64,000 nucleotides of DNA. Origin: Candidatus Hydrothermarchaeum profundi. GTDB lineage: Archaea; Hydrothermarchaeota; Hydrothermarchaeia; Hydrothermarchaeales; Hydrothermarchaeaceae. The translations under genes were made by a program, and so were the position numbers. Below, one piece after another: positions 18,965 through 28,179 of the stretch. Position 1 is the first letter of the stretch. The number at the start of each line of letters is the position of its first letter. Location of the stretch: positions 1,512,989-1,576,988 of the forward strand of contig MTMF02000009.1 of the NCBI GenBank assembly GCA_002011125.2. The letters are read 5' to 3'. A model generated the notes under the pieces. That model was given only the letters and a program-made list of their open reading frames with translations. It ran no database searches and was not told the origin of the DNA.

Positions 18965-21128
18965 GATAACTGAAAAGAATCTTGAAGAGAAGTTTAGGAC
19001 TTTGGCTGAGGAGTCTCCGAACATGATTTTTATTAACCAGGGGGGCAGGGTGGTTTATGCTAATAGGATGTGTGAGGAGGTGATGGGTTATTCGAGGGAG
19101 GAGTTTTATTCTCCAGGCTTTGATTTTCTTTCGCTTATTGCCCCGGAGTCTCGTGACCTGGTAGTTGAGAATTTCCAGAGGCATATGCGGGGCGAGGAGG
19201 TCCCTCCCTACGAGTACACGCTTTTAACGAAGGACGGTAGAAGGATCATTGCGATTCATACTACGAAGCTGATAGAATATGGAGGTGAAAAGGCTATTCT
19301 CGGGATCATAACGGACATAACTGAACGCAAACAAATGGAAGATAAACTGAGAAAGTTGTCTGTAGCTGTTGAAGCTTCTATGGAGGGAATTGCTATCCTT
19401 AATAACAAGGGGGAATATATTTTTTTGAACGATGCTCATGCTAAAATCTATGGATACGAGAGTCCTAAGGAACTGATAGGAAAGACATGGCGGATTTTAT
19501 ACGATGAGAACGAACTTCGCAGGTTCGATAGAGAGATTATGCCTAGGCTCCTTAAGGAAAGGAGATACAGAGGCGAAGCTATTGGAAAAAAGAAGGATGG
19601 AAGTAGATTCTTTCAGGAACTCTCTCTAACTGTTCTGGAGGATGGAGGATTCATATGTATTGTTCATGATATAACTGATAAGAAGAGAGCGGAGGAGCTG
19701 TTAAAAAAATCTGAGAAAGAATATCGTGACCTAGTTGATAATGCTCCTATAGGAGTTTATAAAACAACGTTAGATGGTGAAATTTTATATGCAAATAGGT
19801 CCTTAGCTGAGATGCTCGGTTATAATTCTGTTGAAGATCTGCCTCGTAAGGTTGAGAAGGGATGCACAAACTCTGTAAAATGGTTGTCACTAATCGACCA
19901 ACTTAGGAAATCTGGACGTATTGATATGGCAGAGCTGGAATTAGTAAGGAAAGATGGAAAAACTATAACCGCGCTTTTTAGCGCAACTCTGAGTGGTTCT
20001 GTTCTTTCAGGCATGATAATGGATATAACCGAGAAGAAGAAGCTAGAACAGGAAATCAGAGATATTTTAAATGCTGCACCAGACGTGATACATGTGATTT
20101 CTCCAGAGATGAAGATCACTCATAAGAACGCAATGAGTCAGAGAGTCTTTCCCCAGATTAAGGTAGGCGATTACTGTTACTCAGTCAAAGGCAGGAACTA
20201 TATATGTGATGGCTGTGGAGTTAAGAAAGTTTTTGAAGATGGAAGAATGCATGAGCATGAGTCTATTTTTAAATTGAGTAGCGGTAAAGAGGTTATTATG
20301 CATTCCACTAGTGCGCCTGTCTTTGATGATAAAGGCGAAATAGTGGCTGCTGTAGAAATCCTTAGAGATATTACCGGCAGAAAAAAAGCTGAAGAGAATC
20401 TAAAAATAGCTTATGAAGAGCTCAAAGAATTGGATAAACTTAAGGACGATTTTCTTGGCACGGTTTCTCATGAGCTTCGCACTCCCCTTACATCCATAAT
20501 AGGTTCTTTGGATATACTAAAAGATGACTGTAAGAAAATCTTGAAAAAAGACCAGATGGAATTGCTAGAAATAGCCCTACGGGAATCTGAACGGCTTGAT
20601 TCTCTAATCAGTGATTTATTGGAAATGGTCAGAACGGAAAATAAGCTTACTAGGATGGCTAAAATGAAAATATCTACTAATGAGCTTTTGGAAAGTGCTG
20701 TCGAAGGAGTAAGAATGCAGGCAAATAAGAAGAAAATCAAGCTCCATGTAAGTATCGAAAAGGGATTACCCCAGATTATAGGGGATATCGATCAACTAAA
20801 GAGGGCTATTATTAATCTGCTTACAAACGCTATCAAGTTTAATAAGATCGGAGGGGAAGTTGTATTAGATGCAAGATCAACCGGCTCTAACCTAATTATT
20901 AGCGTTTCCGACACAGGGATCGGCATACCTAAAGGAGAACTCGATAAAATATTTGAGAAGTTTTATAGGGTAGAAACGGGTACAACTAGGTTACATGGTG
21001 GAACTGGTCTGGGATTAGCTATTGTTAAAAAAATTATACATGCCCATGGAGGAGAAATTAAGGTTGAAAGTAAATTAGGTGCAGGAAGTAAATTTACCAT
21101 AATTTTACCTTTGGAGGATAAAAAATGA
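18951..21128 (+). CDS. Cytoplasmic multi-PAS histidine kinase
   Basis: Four PAS/PAC units ending DIT(E); H box SHELRTPL, NAIKF, DTGIGI, GGTGLGL. Confidence 0.92.
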   Translation: MKSVEITEKNLEEKFRTLAEESPNMIFINQGGRVVYANRMCEEVMGYSREEFYSPGFDFLSLIAPESRDLVVENFQRHMRGEEVPPYEYTLLTKDGRRIIAIHTTKLIEYGGEKAILGIITDITERKQMEDKLRKLSVAVEASMEGIAILNNKGEYIFLNDAHAKIYGYESPKELIGKTWRILYDENELRRFDREIMPRLLKERRYRGEAIGKKKDGSRFFQELSLTVLEDGGFICIVHDITDKKRAEELLKKSEKEYRDLVDNAPIGVYKTTLDGEILYANRSLAEMLGYNSVEDLPRKVEKGCTNSVKWLSLIDQLRKSGRIDMAELELVRKDGKTITALFSATLSGSVLSGMIMDITEKKKLEQEIRDILNAAPDVIHVISPEMKITHKNAMSQRVFPQIKVGDYCYSVKGRNYICDGCGVKKVFEDGRMHEHESIFKLSSGKEVIMHSTSAPVFDDKGEIVAAVEILRDITGRKKAEENLKIAYEELKELDKLKDDFLGTVSHELRTPLTSIIGSLDILKDDCKKILKKDQMELLEIALRESERLDSLISDLLEMVRTENKLTRMAKMKISTNELLESAVEGVRMQANKKKIKLHVSIEKGLPQIIGDIDQLKRAIINLLTNAIKFNKIGGEVVLDARSTGSNLIISVSDTGIGIPKGELDKIFEKFYRVETGTTRLHGGTGLGLAIVKKIIHAHGGEIKVESKLGAGSKFTIILPLEDKK

Positions 21129-21511
21129 GTAAGATAATGGTAGTAGATGATGAAGAAAATATAGTAAAAATAGTTAAGACGATGTTAGAGAGCGCAGGAC
21201 ATGATGTGATTACTGCTAATAGTGGAAGAGAGTGTCTAGAAATATTAAAACATGAGAAGCCGGATCTCATCTTGATGGACGTGATGATGCCAGGCATGGA
21301 TGGATGGGAAACCTGCCGAAAGATAAAAGAAAATTCAGAGACAAAAGATATTATTGTATCCATGCTCACTGTAAAATCTGAGGATGAAGATAAGGTAAAG
21401 AGTTTCGATGAAGCTATAGCCGATTGGCATATCTCCAAGCCAATTAGAAAGGAAAGGCTTGTCCAGACAGTTGAATGGCTTCTGAAAAGGCCTTTTAAGC
21501 GGGAAGAATAA
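21125..21511 (+). CDS. Stand-alone receiver (response regulator)
   Basis: VVDDE, DLILMDVMMPGMDG, LT, KP; ATGA-coupled to the kinase. Confidence 0.93.
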   Translation: MSKIMVVDDEENIVKIVKTMLESAGHDVITANSGRECLEILKHEKPDLILMDVMMPGMDGWETCRKIKENSETKDIIVSMLTVKSEDEDKVKSFDEAIADWHISKPIRKERLVQTVEWLLKRPFKREE

Positions 21512-21548
21512 ACTCCAGAGAAGTTTGCTAGTTTCTCTTTAATATATA

Positions 21549-22757
21549 ATGAGACTTTTTATTATACTCTTTCTAATAATATCGCCTACTCTAGCTTATG
21601 CCTACGAAGTGGATGATATAATAACTTTTGCCGCTCCTGATTCAAGCTATTCTGCTTTAATTGAGCTTATTGATAATGCGAGTAGTATCTACATTAACGG
21701 ATATACTTTCGAGAGCACTTACCTATCGGAAAAGCTGATAGGCAAGGAGAAAGATGGAAGTGAGGTGATAATTATCTTAGAAGGCTCTCCAGTGGGGGGT
21801 TTATCCATTAATGAAAAGAATTTGTTAGAGGAGATGTCATCTTCAGGCGTTGCGCTCTTTTTTAACAGGGCCCTCAACATTAGCTTTAATCACGCTAAAT
21901 ATATAATAGCTGATAATAACACCGTTCTCATAACTACTGAGAATTTCGGCGAAACAGGATTTCCACGAGACGGTTCTCATGGAAATAGAGGGCTAGGGGT
22001 AATACTAGCTGACCGTAATTTAGCTATGTTTTTTGTAGAATTATTTTTTAGAGACCTTAATATGAGCAAAAGAATTACTGAGCTTTCTGGTTTTAAATCC
22101 GCCGAGTTTACGGTGAAAAAGAATTATAAGGCTGAATTCTCTACAGAACGCTACCATGGAAGATATACTGCTATACCGGTTGTTGCACCCGAAGACGCTG
22201 TAGAAGGCATAATACGGCTTATAGAATCAGCTAATGAGTCTGTATATATAGAGCAGATGTACATTTACAGGTTCTGGGGCTCTAAAAGGGAAGGATACCG
22301 CCCAAATAAGTTCTTAGAAGCTTCTATTGACGCGGCTAGGAAGGGGTGCGTGGTTAAAATTCTTATGGACTCCACCTGGTATAACATTTTAGAAGATGAC
22401 CCTCAGAGTAATCTCAAGACAGCCAAGTATGTAAACTCCTTGGCTAAAAGGGAGGGTTTAGATATTGAGGCTAGGCTAATAGACCTAGATAAGGCAGGCT
22501 TCGAGAAGCTTCACGCTAAAAGCGTGATAGTAGACGGTAAGATAGCTCTCATTTCAAGTATAAATTGGAATGAGCATTCACCGACGAAAAATAGAGAGGT
22601 TGGAATCATAATAAATGGAGAGCCTGTAGAGTTTTATAGAAGGGTATTCCTCTCAGACTGGGCTGTATCACAAGATAAAAAGTCTCCCAAACCGGTTCTA
22701 TTGATAATGGGGGTAATTTCTATAATAATTCTGATCGCCTGGTGGGAAAAGAAGTAG
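21549..22757 (+). CDS. Exported phospholipase D-superfamily protein
   Basis: Two HKD motifs (HAKYIIAD, HAKSVIVD); signal peptide and C-terminal TM. Confidence 0.87.
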   Translation: MRLFIILFLIISPTLAYAYEVDDIITFAAPDSSYSALIELIDNASSIYINGYTFESTYLSEKLIGKEKDGSEVIIILEGSPVGGLSINEKNLLEEMSSSGVALFFNRALNISFNHAKYIIADNNTVLITTENFGETGFPRDGSHGNRGLGVILADRNLAMFFVELFFRDLNMSKRITELSGFKSAEFTVKKNYKAEFSTERYHGRYTAIPVVAPEDAVEGIIRLIESANESVYIEQMYIYRFWGSKREGYRPNKFLEASIDAARKGCVVKILMDSTWYNILEDDPQSNLKTAKYVNSLAKREGLDIEARLIDLDKAGFEKLHAKSVIVDGKIALISSINWNEHSPTKNREVGIIINGEPVEFYRRVFLSDWAVSQDKKSPKPVLLIMGVISIIILIAWWEKK

Positions 22758-22767
22758 TATAAAAAAA

Positions 22768-24003
22768 TTAGAGTATCTGAGGGGATTTCCTACGTACAAC
22801 ACCGCGTATTCCATCACTATGTCTTCTGTTCTGCCAATTAGCTTTAGCTATTTCGAATCCCTCAAACAATCTCTTAAGATGTTCCTCCCAAGAATAACTC
22901 TCGATCTTTAATCTTGCGTTTCTACAGAGCTTTTCCCTGTATTCATCGTCTTGGAGCACCTTTACTATTTTTTCAGCGAGCTCATGATAATCCTTATTAT
23001 TTTCTAAGAATATGCAATTTTCCCCTTCTTTATAATATGTTAAATCGGATTCAGGCTCTGCTGGAACTATCACAGGCAACGCTGACGCCATAGCCTCCAT
23101 CACGACAAAAGCTTGAGATTCATGGAAGGACGGAAACACAAAAACATCTGCCATTGAATAATAGCTCGGAGTGTCTTCCCACTCTACCCATCCCGTAAAT
23201 ATGCAATGACTCTGAATCGCTAACCTCGTAGCTAACTTCTTATATTCCTCGAGCTTTGACCCTCCTCCTGCAAACACAAAATAGACCTCCCCAATTTGCC
23301 TAATAACTTCAGGAGCCGCTTTTATCACGGTTTCCACATTCTTTTCATGCGACATCCTACCTAAATTAAGAACAACTTTAGCATCTTTTCCTATCCCCAA
23401 AGTTTCCCTGAACGAATTATCTTTATTCGGAGAGAATTTTAATGTATCCACAGCGAAGGGAGCATATATTATTTTGTCATTTGGAATATTTATCCTTGTC
23501 AACTTTTCACGAAATTTTCGAGTGGCTACGAATATTATACTCGAGCATTTATAGTGCCTCTTAACAACTTCATCTACAAATCTCTTAAATTTCTGCTCCG
23601 GCAGTAGACGTTTACCATCTAGCTTGAATGCATTAGAGAGCATGACACTTTCATCGTGGTGGCAAAATAAGCTGATGGGTTTTCCCATTAGATAAGCTAA
23701 ACTCAGGCTAGCTGAACCTAAGGGGGCCAAGTCATTTATAAAGACTATATCGGCTTTTTTAATATGTTTAGCGAGCTTCAGGCTTGGTATAGCGGGATAA
23801 TAATTTGCTACTTCTATCGGTATGCACGGGGTAAGAACGACCTCAATACCCTCAACTAATGGTTCAACTCTCTCTGTGAATCGAGGAGCTATTAAAGTGA
23901 TATCATACTTATCTCTAAGGAGAGGAAGGATGCTCCTGAGATATGTTAAAACTCCATCTTTCTTTGGCGGATATGTATCAGCTACTACTACTAGCTTTTC
24001 CAT
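22768..24003 (-). CDS. GT4 family glycosyltransferase
   Basis: DTYPPKKDGV, GRMSHEKN, ESQAFVVMEAMAS; alternative TTG start at 24012. Confidence 0.88.
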   Translation of the reverse strand: MEKLVVVADTYPPKKDGVLTYLRSILPLLRDKYDITLIAPRFTERVEPLVEGIEVVLTPCIPIEVANYYPAIPSLKLAKHIKKADIVFINDLAPLGSASLSLAYLMGKPISLFCHHDESVMLSNAFKLDGKRLLPEQKFKRFVDEVVKRHYKCSSIIFVATRKFREKLTRINIPNDKIIYAPFAVDTLKFSPNKDNSFRETLGIGKDAKVVLNLGRMSHEKNVETVIKAAPEVIRQIGEVYFVFAGGGSKLEEYKKLATRLAIQSHCIFTGWVEWEDTPSYYSMADVFVFPSFHESQAFVVMEAMASALPVIVPAEPESDLTYYKEGENCIFLENNKDYHELAEKIVKVLQDDEYREKLCRNARLKIESYSWEEHLKRLFEGFEIAKANWQNRRHSDGIRGVVRRKSPQIL

Positions 24004-24013
24004 GTAAATCAAC

Positions 24014-24388
24014 TCATATAAGGTCTGTTAAACTACTTATTATGCTACTTTGAGTTATCAACCCTACCATCTTTTTACCCCTCACCACAGGAATTCTTTG
24101 ATATCCGGTTTCCACCATTAATTTCATAACCTCTTTCAATGGAGTATCTTCCTCAACTGTCATAATTTTCCTCGCCATTATCTCCTCTACTCTCAGATTC
24201 ATTGCATCATTACCTACGAGTATTATATCTCGATGCGTTATTATTCCCTTAAGTTCATCCTCCTCAACAACAGGCAAACCACCTATTCCTTGTCTCGTCA
24301 TTACAAGCTTAGCGAATGCTACGATGTCGGTAGGTTTTATGGTAACTACCTCTTTTAGCATTACATCTTTTGCCTTTAGTTTAATCAT
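24014..24388 (-). CDS. CBS-pair protein
   Basis: IGGLPVV...GIITHRD and YQRIPVV...GLITQ. Confidence 0.9.
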   Translation of the reverse strand: MIKLKAKDVMLKEVVTIKPTDIVAFAKLVMTRQGIGGLPVVEEDELKGIITHRDIILVGNDAMNLRVEEIMARKIMTVEEDTPLKEVMKLMVETGYQRIPVVRGKKMVGLITQSSIISSLTDLI

Positions 24389-24427
24389 AGTTATAAATAC
24401 TCAAGTTAATATAAAATAATTATCAGG

Positions 24428-25699
24428 ATGACTCAAATAGAATTAGCTAGGAAGGGAGCAACATCAAAGGAAATGGAGGAAATAAGCCAGAGGGAAGGAA
24501 TAGAAGTTGAAATACTTAGAAGAAGGGTAGCGTCAGGTAAAATAGTGATACCGCGAAATGTGGTAAGGGAGGATATTACTGCAATTGGCGTAGGATACGG
24601 TCTAAGAGTTAAGGTGAATGCCAATATAGGTACTTCTCCAGATCGCTCCTCGGCTGAAGAAGAGATAAAGAAGGCCGAGATAGCGGTTAGATATGGAGCT
24701 GACACGCTTATGGACCTTAGTACTGGGGGGGATCTGGATAAGATCAGAAGGAGGATAATGGAGATCCCGGTGCCTCTTGGAACGGTGCCTATCTACCAAA
24801 TTGCTGTTGAAGCTACGAGAAAAAAGGGGTCTATAGTTGAAATAACCGAAGATGATGTATTTAGCGTTATCGAGAATCAAGCAAAAGAAGGCGTTGACTT
24901 TATGACGATCCATGCAGGTATAACTAGTGATAGCTTACAGACCCTTCTTAATCAAAAAAGACTTACGGGTATAGTTAGTAGAGGAGGATCATTACTGGCT
25001 TCATGGATGCTTCACAATGATAAAGAGAACCCATTATATGAGGAATTCGATTATTTGCTAGAAATTGCAAAAGAATACGATGTGACCTTGAGCCTAGGGG
25101 ATGCCCTACGACCGGGGAGTATACACGACGCTACTGATAAGCCGCAAATACATGAACTCCACATCCTCGCTGAGCTGGTTGAGAAGTCGAGAGAGAAAGG
25201 TGTTCAGTGTATGGTAGAAGGACCGGGGCACATACCTATTAACGAGATCGAAGCTAATGTAATATTGGAAAAGAGAATATGTAAGGGAGCTCCCTTCTAT
25301 GTTCTTGGTCCAATAGTTACTGATATCGCTCCAGGATACGATCATATTACAGCTGCTATTGGCGGTGCCATAGCGGCCATGGCCGGAGCAGATTTCCTAT
25401 GCTATGTCACTCCTTCTGAACACTTAGCCCTGCCTGAAATTGAAGACGTCAAGCTAGGAGTTATAGCTGCAAAAATAGCTGCACATGCTGCTGACATTGC
25501 TAAAGGACTAGATCTCGAGAAAGACTATGAGATGTCTAAGGCTAGAGCGGATCTTGATTGGGAGAAGCAGTTTAAAGTCTGTATTGATTCTGATAAGGCA
25601 TCTAAACTAAGAAGAGAGCGTCATCCGAAAGATGAGAGAGTTTGCACGATGTGTGGCGAATTCTGCGCAATGAAGACCGTAAAAGAGTTTTTCAGTTAA
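24428..25699 (+). CDS. thiC: Phosphomethylpyrimidine synthase
   Basis: KVNANIGTS, SRGGS, EGPGH, YDHI, CYVTPSEHL, C-terminal CTMCGEFC. Confidence 0.95.
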   Translation: MTQIELARKGATSKEMEEISQREGIEVEILRRRVASGKIVIPRNVVREDITAIGVGYGLRVKVNANIGTSPDRSSAEEEIKKAEIAVRYGADTLMDLSTGGDLDKIRRRIMEIPVPLGTVPIYQIAVEATRKKGSIVEITEDDVFSVIENQAKEGVDFMTIHAGITSDSLQTLLNQKRLTGIVSRGGSLLASWMLHNDKENPLYEEFDYLLEIAKEYDVTLSLGDALRPGSIHDATDKPQIHELHILAELVEKSREKGVQCMVEGPGHIPINEIEANVILEKRICKGAPFYVLGPIVTDIAPGYDHITAAIGGAIAAMAGADFLCYVTPSEHLALPEIEDVKLGVIAAKIAAHAADIAKGLDLEKDYEMSKARADLDWEKQFKVCIDSDKASKLRRERHPKDERVCTMCGEFCAMKTVKEFFS

Positions 25700-27354
25700 T
25701 ATTCTATTATAACATAGATCTGATCCCATTCAAAGTCCTGGTTACCTGAGCCCCCATTTTCATATTTAACCTGTACATCTTGGATCTCTGTTGCATGAAG
25801 TGATGAGGATATAGAAGTGAAGTAGGAGGTTACGTCCAGACTATATATTGCATACGAGCTTGTTGCTTGTCCAGTAAAAGTACCCCACTCATAAGCAGAA
25901 CTATTCCCTACTGAGATAGTCCTTGAAGGGTTTCCTACAGTTCTCCTGTCTCTCCAGTAGACTACGCATGAGGTGATCTCTCCTATACTGCCAGTGGGGT
26001 CATCGAACTTCACGATTTCAATATCCCCGGGGTCAACGGTTATTATATTTGTACTCTCTGCATTGTCAAGCTCTGTATCAATTATATCTGAACTTCCGCT
26101 AGCATTTCCTCCGCTATAAAGTATCTCGGTCTTGTTTCCTTCTCCTACCCTACCTAATCGCATAAGGTTTGAGTCTTCGTTTCCAAAGGAGTCCTCTGCC
26201 CTCACAATATAATAATAGGCAGTAGTGCCTACACTAGAGTCATTATAGGATGTTGAAGTCGTAGTTGCTATTGGTGTAGCAGGAGTAAAATCGCTTGAAG
26301 TTCCCCTATATATCTTATAGGTTATGGGAGCACTATCATCCGTTGCCGGCTGCCATGACAAGATAACATACCCTGAGTAATCCTCTAATTTTTGCAAGCC
26401 ATTAAACCATGGCGGTGTAGTATCTAGGGCTTCAGCCGGAGAGAAACTACCTGGCATTACCACAGCTGAATTGTAGGTAGAGGATCCATAGACAAGCTCA
26501 ATACACCTGCTGCCTCCTCCACTAACTGAAACTTCAAGTTTAAGCATATCTCCATAGGGGATCGTCAGGCCAGCGGTATTAGTTATGGTAAACACATATA
26601 ATGTAGACTCGTTTAGCTTGTTTTCTGACTCTTTACCTATAGTAGTACCATTGTGCGATAGTTTTACTGTTACGCTTGGCTCATTTGTCGGATTTATCTG
26701 GAGGTATGTATCTATGTTTCCAGTTATATTAAAATCTCCTGTTGAATTCAGTGGATCAATTATCCATGAAACAGAACTACCCCCACAGATAGTTTCATTT
26801 ACTTGTGTAGTTCCCTCGTTAAAGCTTAGATTATGTCCTGTAACCAGAAAGAGCACCGCTTGGGGCATGGTTGCCTCTTGTTCTGATTGAGTCGCTTCTG
26901 TGGCGCAACTATCCGCTAGTTCTAGAGGCCCGAGCATCCCCTCGATTCGAGTGCTTAGTCCAGTTATATTTACAGCTATTCCTCGCGTAATATCGTTGAT
27001 ATTCCCTATTTTTATGATGTCCCCAGAGCTATCATAAGTCACATTAATCTCTTCTTCAGCTATTGATATATTAAATCCTGTATAGTTCTCTTCTATATAA
27101 GAGGCCCATTCCCCTGAGAGGTTGTTTTTAATTGCAGTAGTATCATTCCCATAGAGGAGGAAATAACTGCAGCCTGCTTTTTTAAAGCTGTTCTTTATGT
27201 CTTGATATGTATAGTATGTTGCATCTGCCTTAAGAAGAAGTAATGTGGCATCACTTCCAGATTCTGCCATGTGGATAAACGAGGCAGCTAATATAATAGC
27301 AGGAATTGTCAGCAGAAAAGCCATTGCACTAAACACAAAACCTCTATTATCCAA
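25696..27354 (-). CDS. Type IV pilin-like protein with FN3-containing C-terminal extension
   Basis: Class III-like signal MDNRG/FVFSAMAFLL; FN3-like LSWQPA...YKIYRG...YYYIVRAED. Confidence 0.65.
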   Translation of the reverse strand: MDNRGFVFSAMAFLLTIPAIILAASFIHMAESGSDATLLLLKADATYYTYQDIKNSFKKAGCSYFLLYGNDTTAIKNNLSGEWASYIEENYTGFNISIAEEEINVTYDSSGDIIKIGNINDITRGIAVNITGLSTRIEGMLGPLELADSCATEATQSEQEATMPQAVLFLVTGHNLSFNEGTTQVNETICGGSSVSWIIDPLNSTGDFNITGNIDTYLQINPTNEPSVTVKLSHNGTTIGKESENKLNESTLYVFTITNTAGLTIPYGDMLKLEVSVSGGGSRCIELVYGSSTYNSAVVMPGSFSPAEALDTTPPWFNGLQKLEDYSGYVILSWQPATDDSAPITYKIYRGTSSDFTPATPIATTTSTSYNDSSVGTTAYYYIVRAEDSFGNEDSNLMRLGRVGEGNKTEILYSGGNASGSSDIIDTELDNAESTNIITVDPGDIEIVKFDDPTGSIGEITSCVVYWRDRRTVGNPSRTISVGNSSAYEWGTFTGQATSSYAIYSLDVTSYFTSISSSLHATEIQDVQVKYENGGSGNQDFEWDQIYVIIEY

Positions 27355-27357
27355 AAT

Positions 27358-28179
27358 TTATTCCCTCCAGATTTTCAAGGTGACCCAGGCAAACTGCCGT
27401 TTTATAGCGTTAGAATAAGTAACCAAGTCTTGACCTATATTGCTTGGAGCTCTAATTACATAGAAACTGCCTTCTCTCTTTGGGTTTGCGGAGACCTTAA
27501 TATACACATAGTTGTCTTGTCCTTCTATTAGAAGGCTTTCGTCGAGTTGGACTTTCGCGTAGGTATCAGCTGCAGTCATAAATGAGGTCCAACTACCACC
27601 CCTAAGGTCATCACAGGTCTGCTGTGAACTATAAATTGCATACCATGCTCTCACACCTGCATCCTCAGCGATTCCCTCCAAATAATAGTTGAATTTATCA
27701 AAATCCCCAGATGCTATATAGAAGGAACTCTCATATATAGGAGGATTATTCCCATTTCTAGGGCAAAGTTCTTCTGCGACCGATGATCCACTATGGGACA
27801 CTTGGGCGATTACGCCGAGTAGTTTATATAACTTTATAAAGTCAAGTCTCTTTGCCACGGAAATATCCTTGGCCGCACTGAGGTTACCATGCGTCACATT
27901 AACTAATATGGAACCATTATATTCCAATTGATAGCTGTAATTATAATAGCTTGGTACCAAAGTTTGCAGTACCTGTGTTACAACACTTTCATTAGTCTCT
28001 TCAGTATTCTTTCTAGCAATCATAACTTCTAGTACATCCTGAGCAACTCTCTCCTCTCTTATAAGCCCCCATGAGTGTAGAGTCTCTGACCCGCCTATCT
28101 GCGATACCGCTGCAACTATAATAAAGACCGGTATGAGTGCCAGTACGGCATCCATGGTAAATATAAATGCCCTGTTCAT
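27358..28179 (-). CDS. Type IV pilin-like protein
   Basis: MNRA/FIFTMDAVLAL class III-like signal; C-terminal VTLKIW; TAATG coupling to upstream gene. Confidence 0.7.
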   Translation of the reverse strand: MNRAFIFTMDAVLALIPVFIIVAAVSQIGGSETLHSWGLIREERVAQDVLEVMIARKNTEETNESVVTQVLQTLVPSYYNYSYQLEYNGSILVNVTHGNLSAAKDISVAKRLDFIKLYKLLGVIAQVSHSGSSVAEELCPRNGNNPPIYESSFYIASGDFDKFNYYLEGIAEDAGVRAWYAIYSSQQTCDDLRGGSWTSFMTAADTYAKVQLDESLLIEGQDNYVYIKVSANPKREGSFYVIRAPSNIGQDLVTYSNAIKRQFAWVTLKIWRE

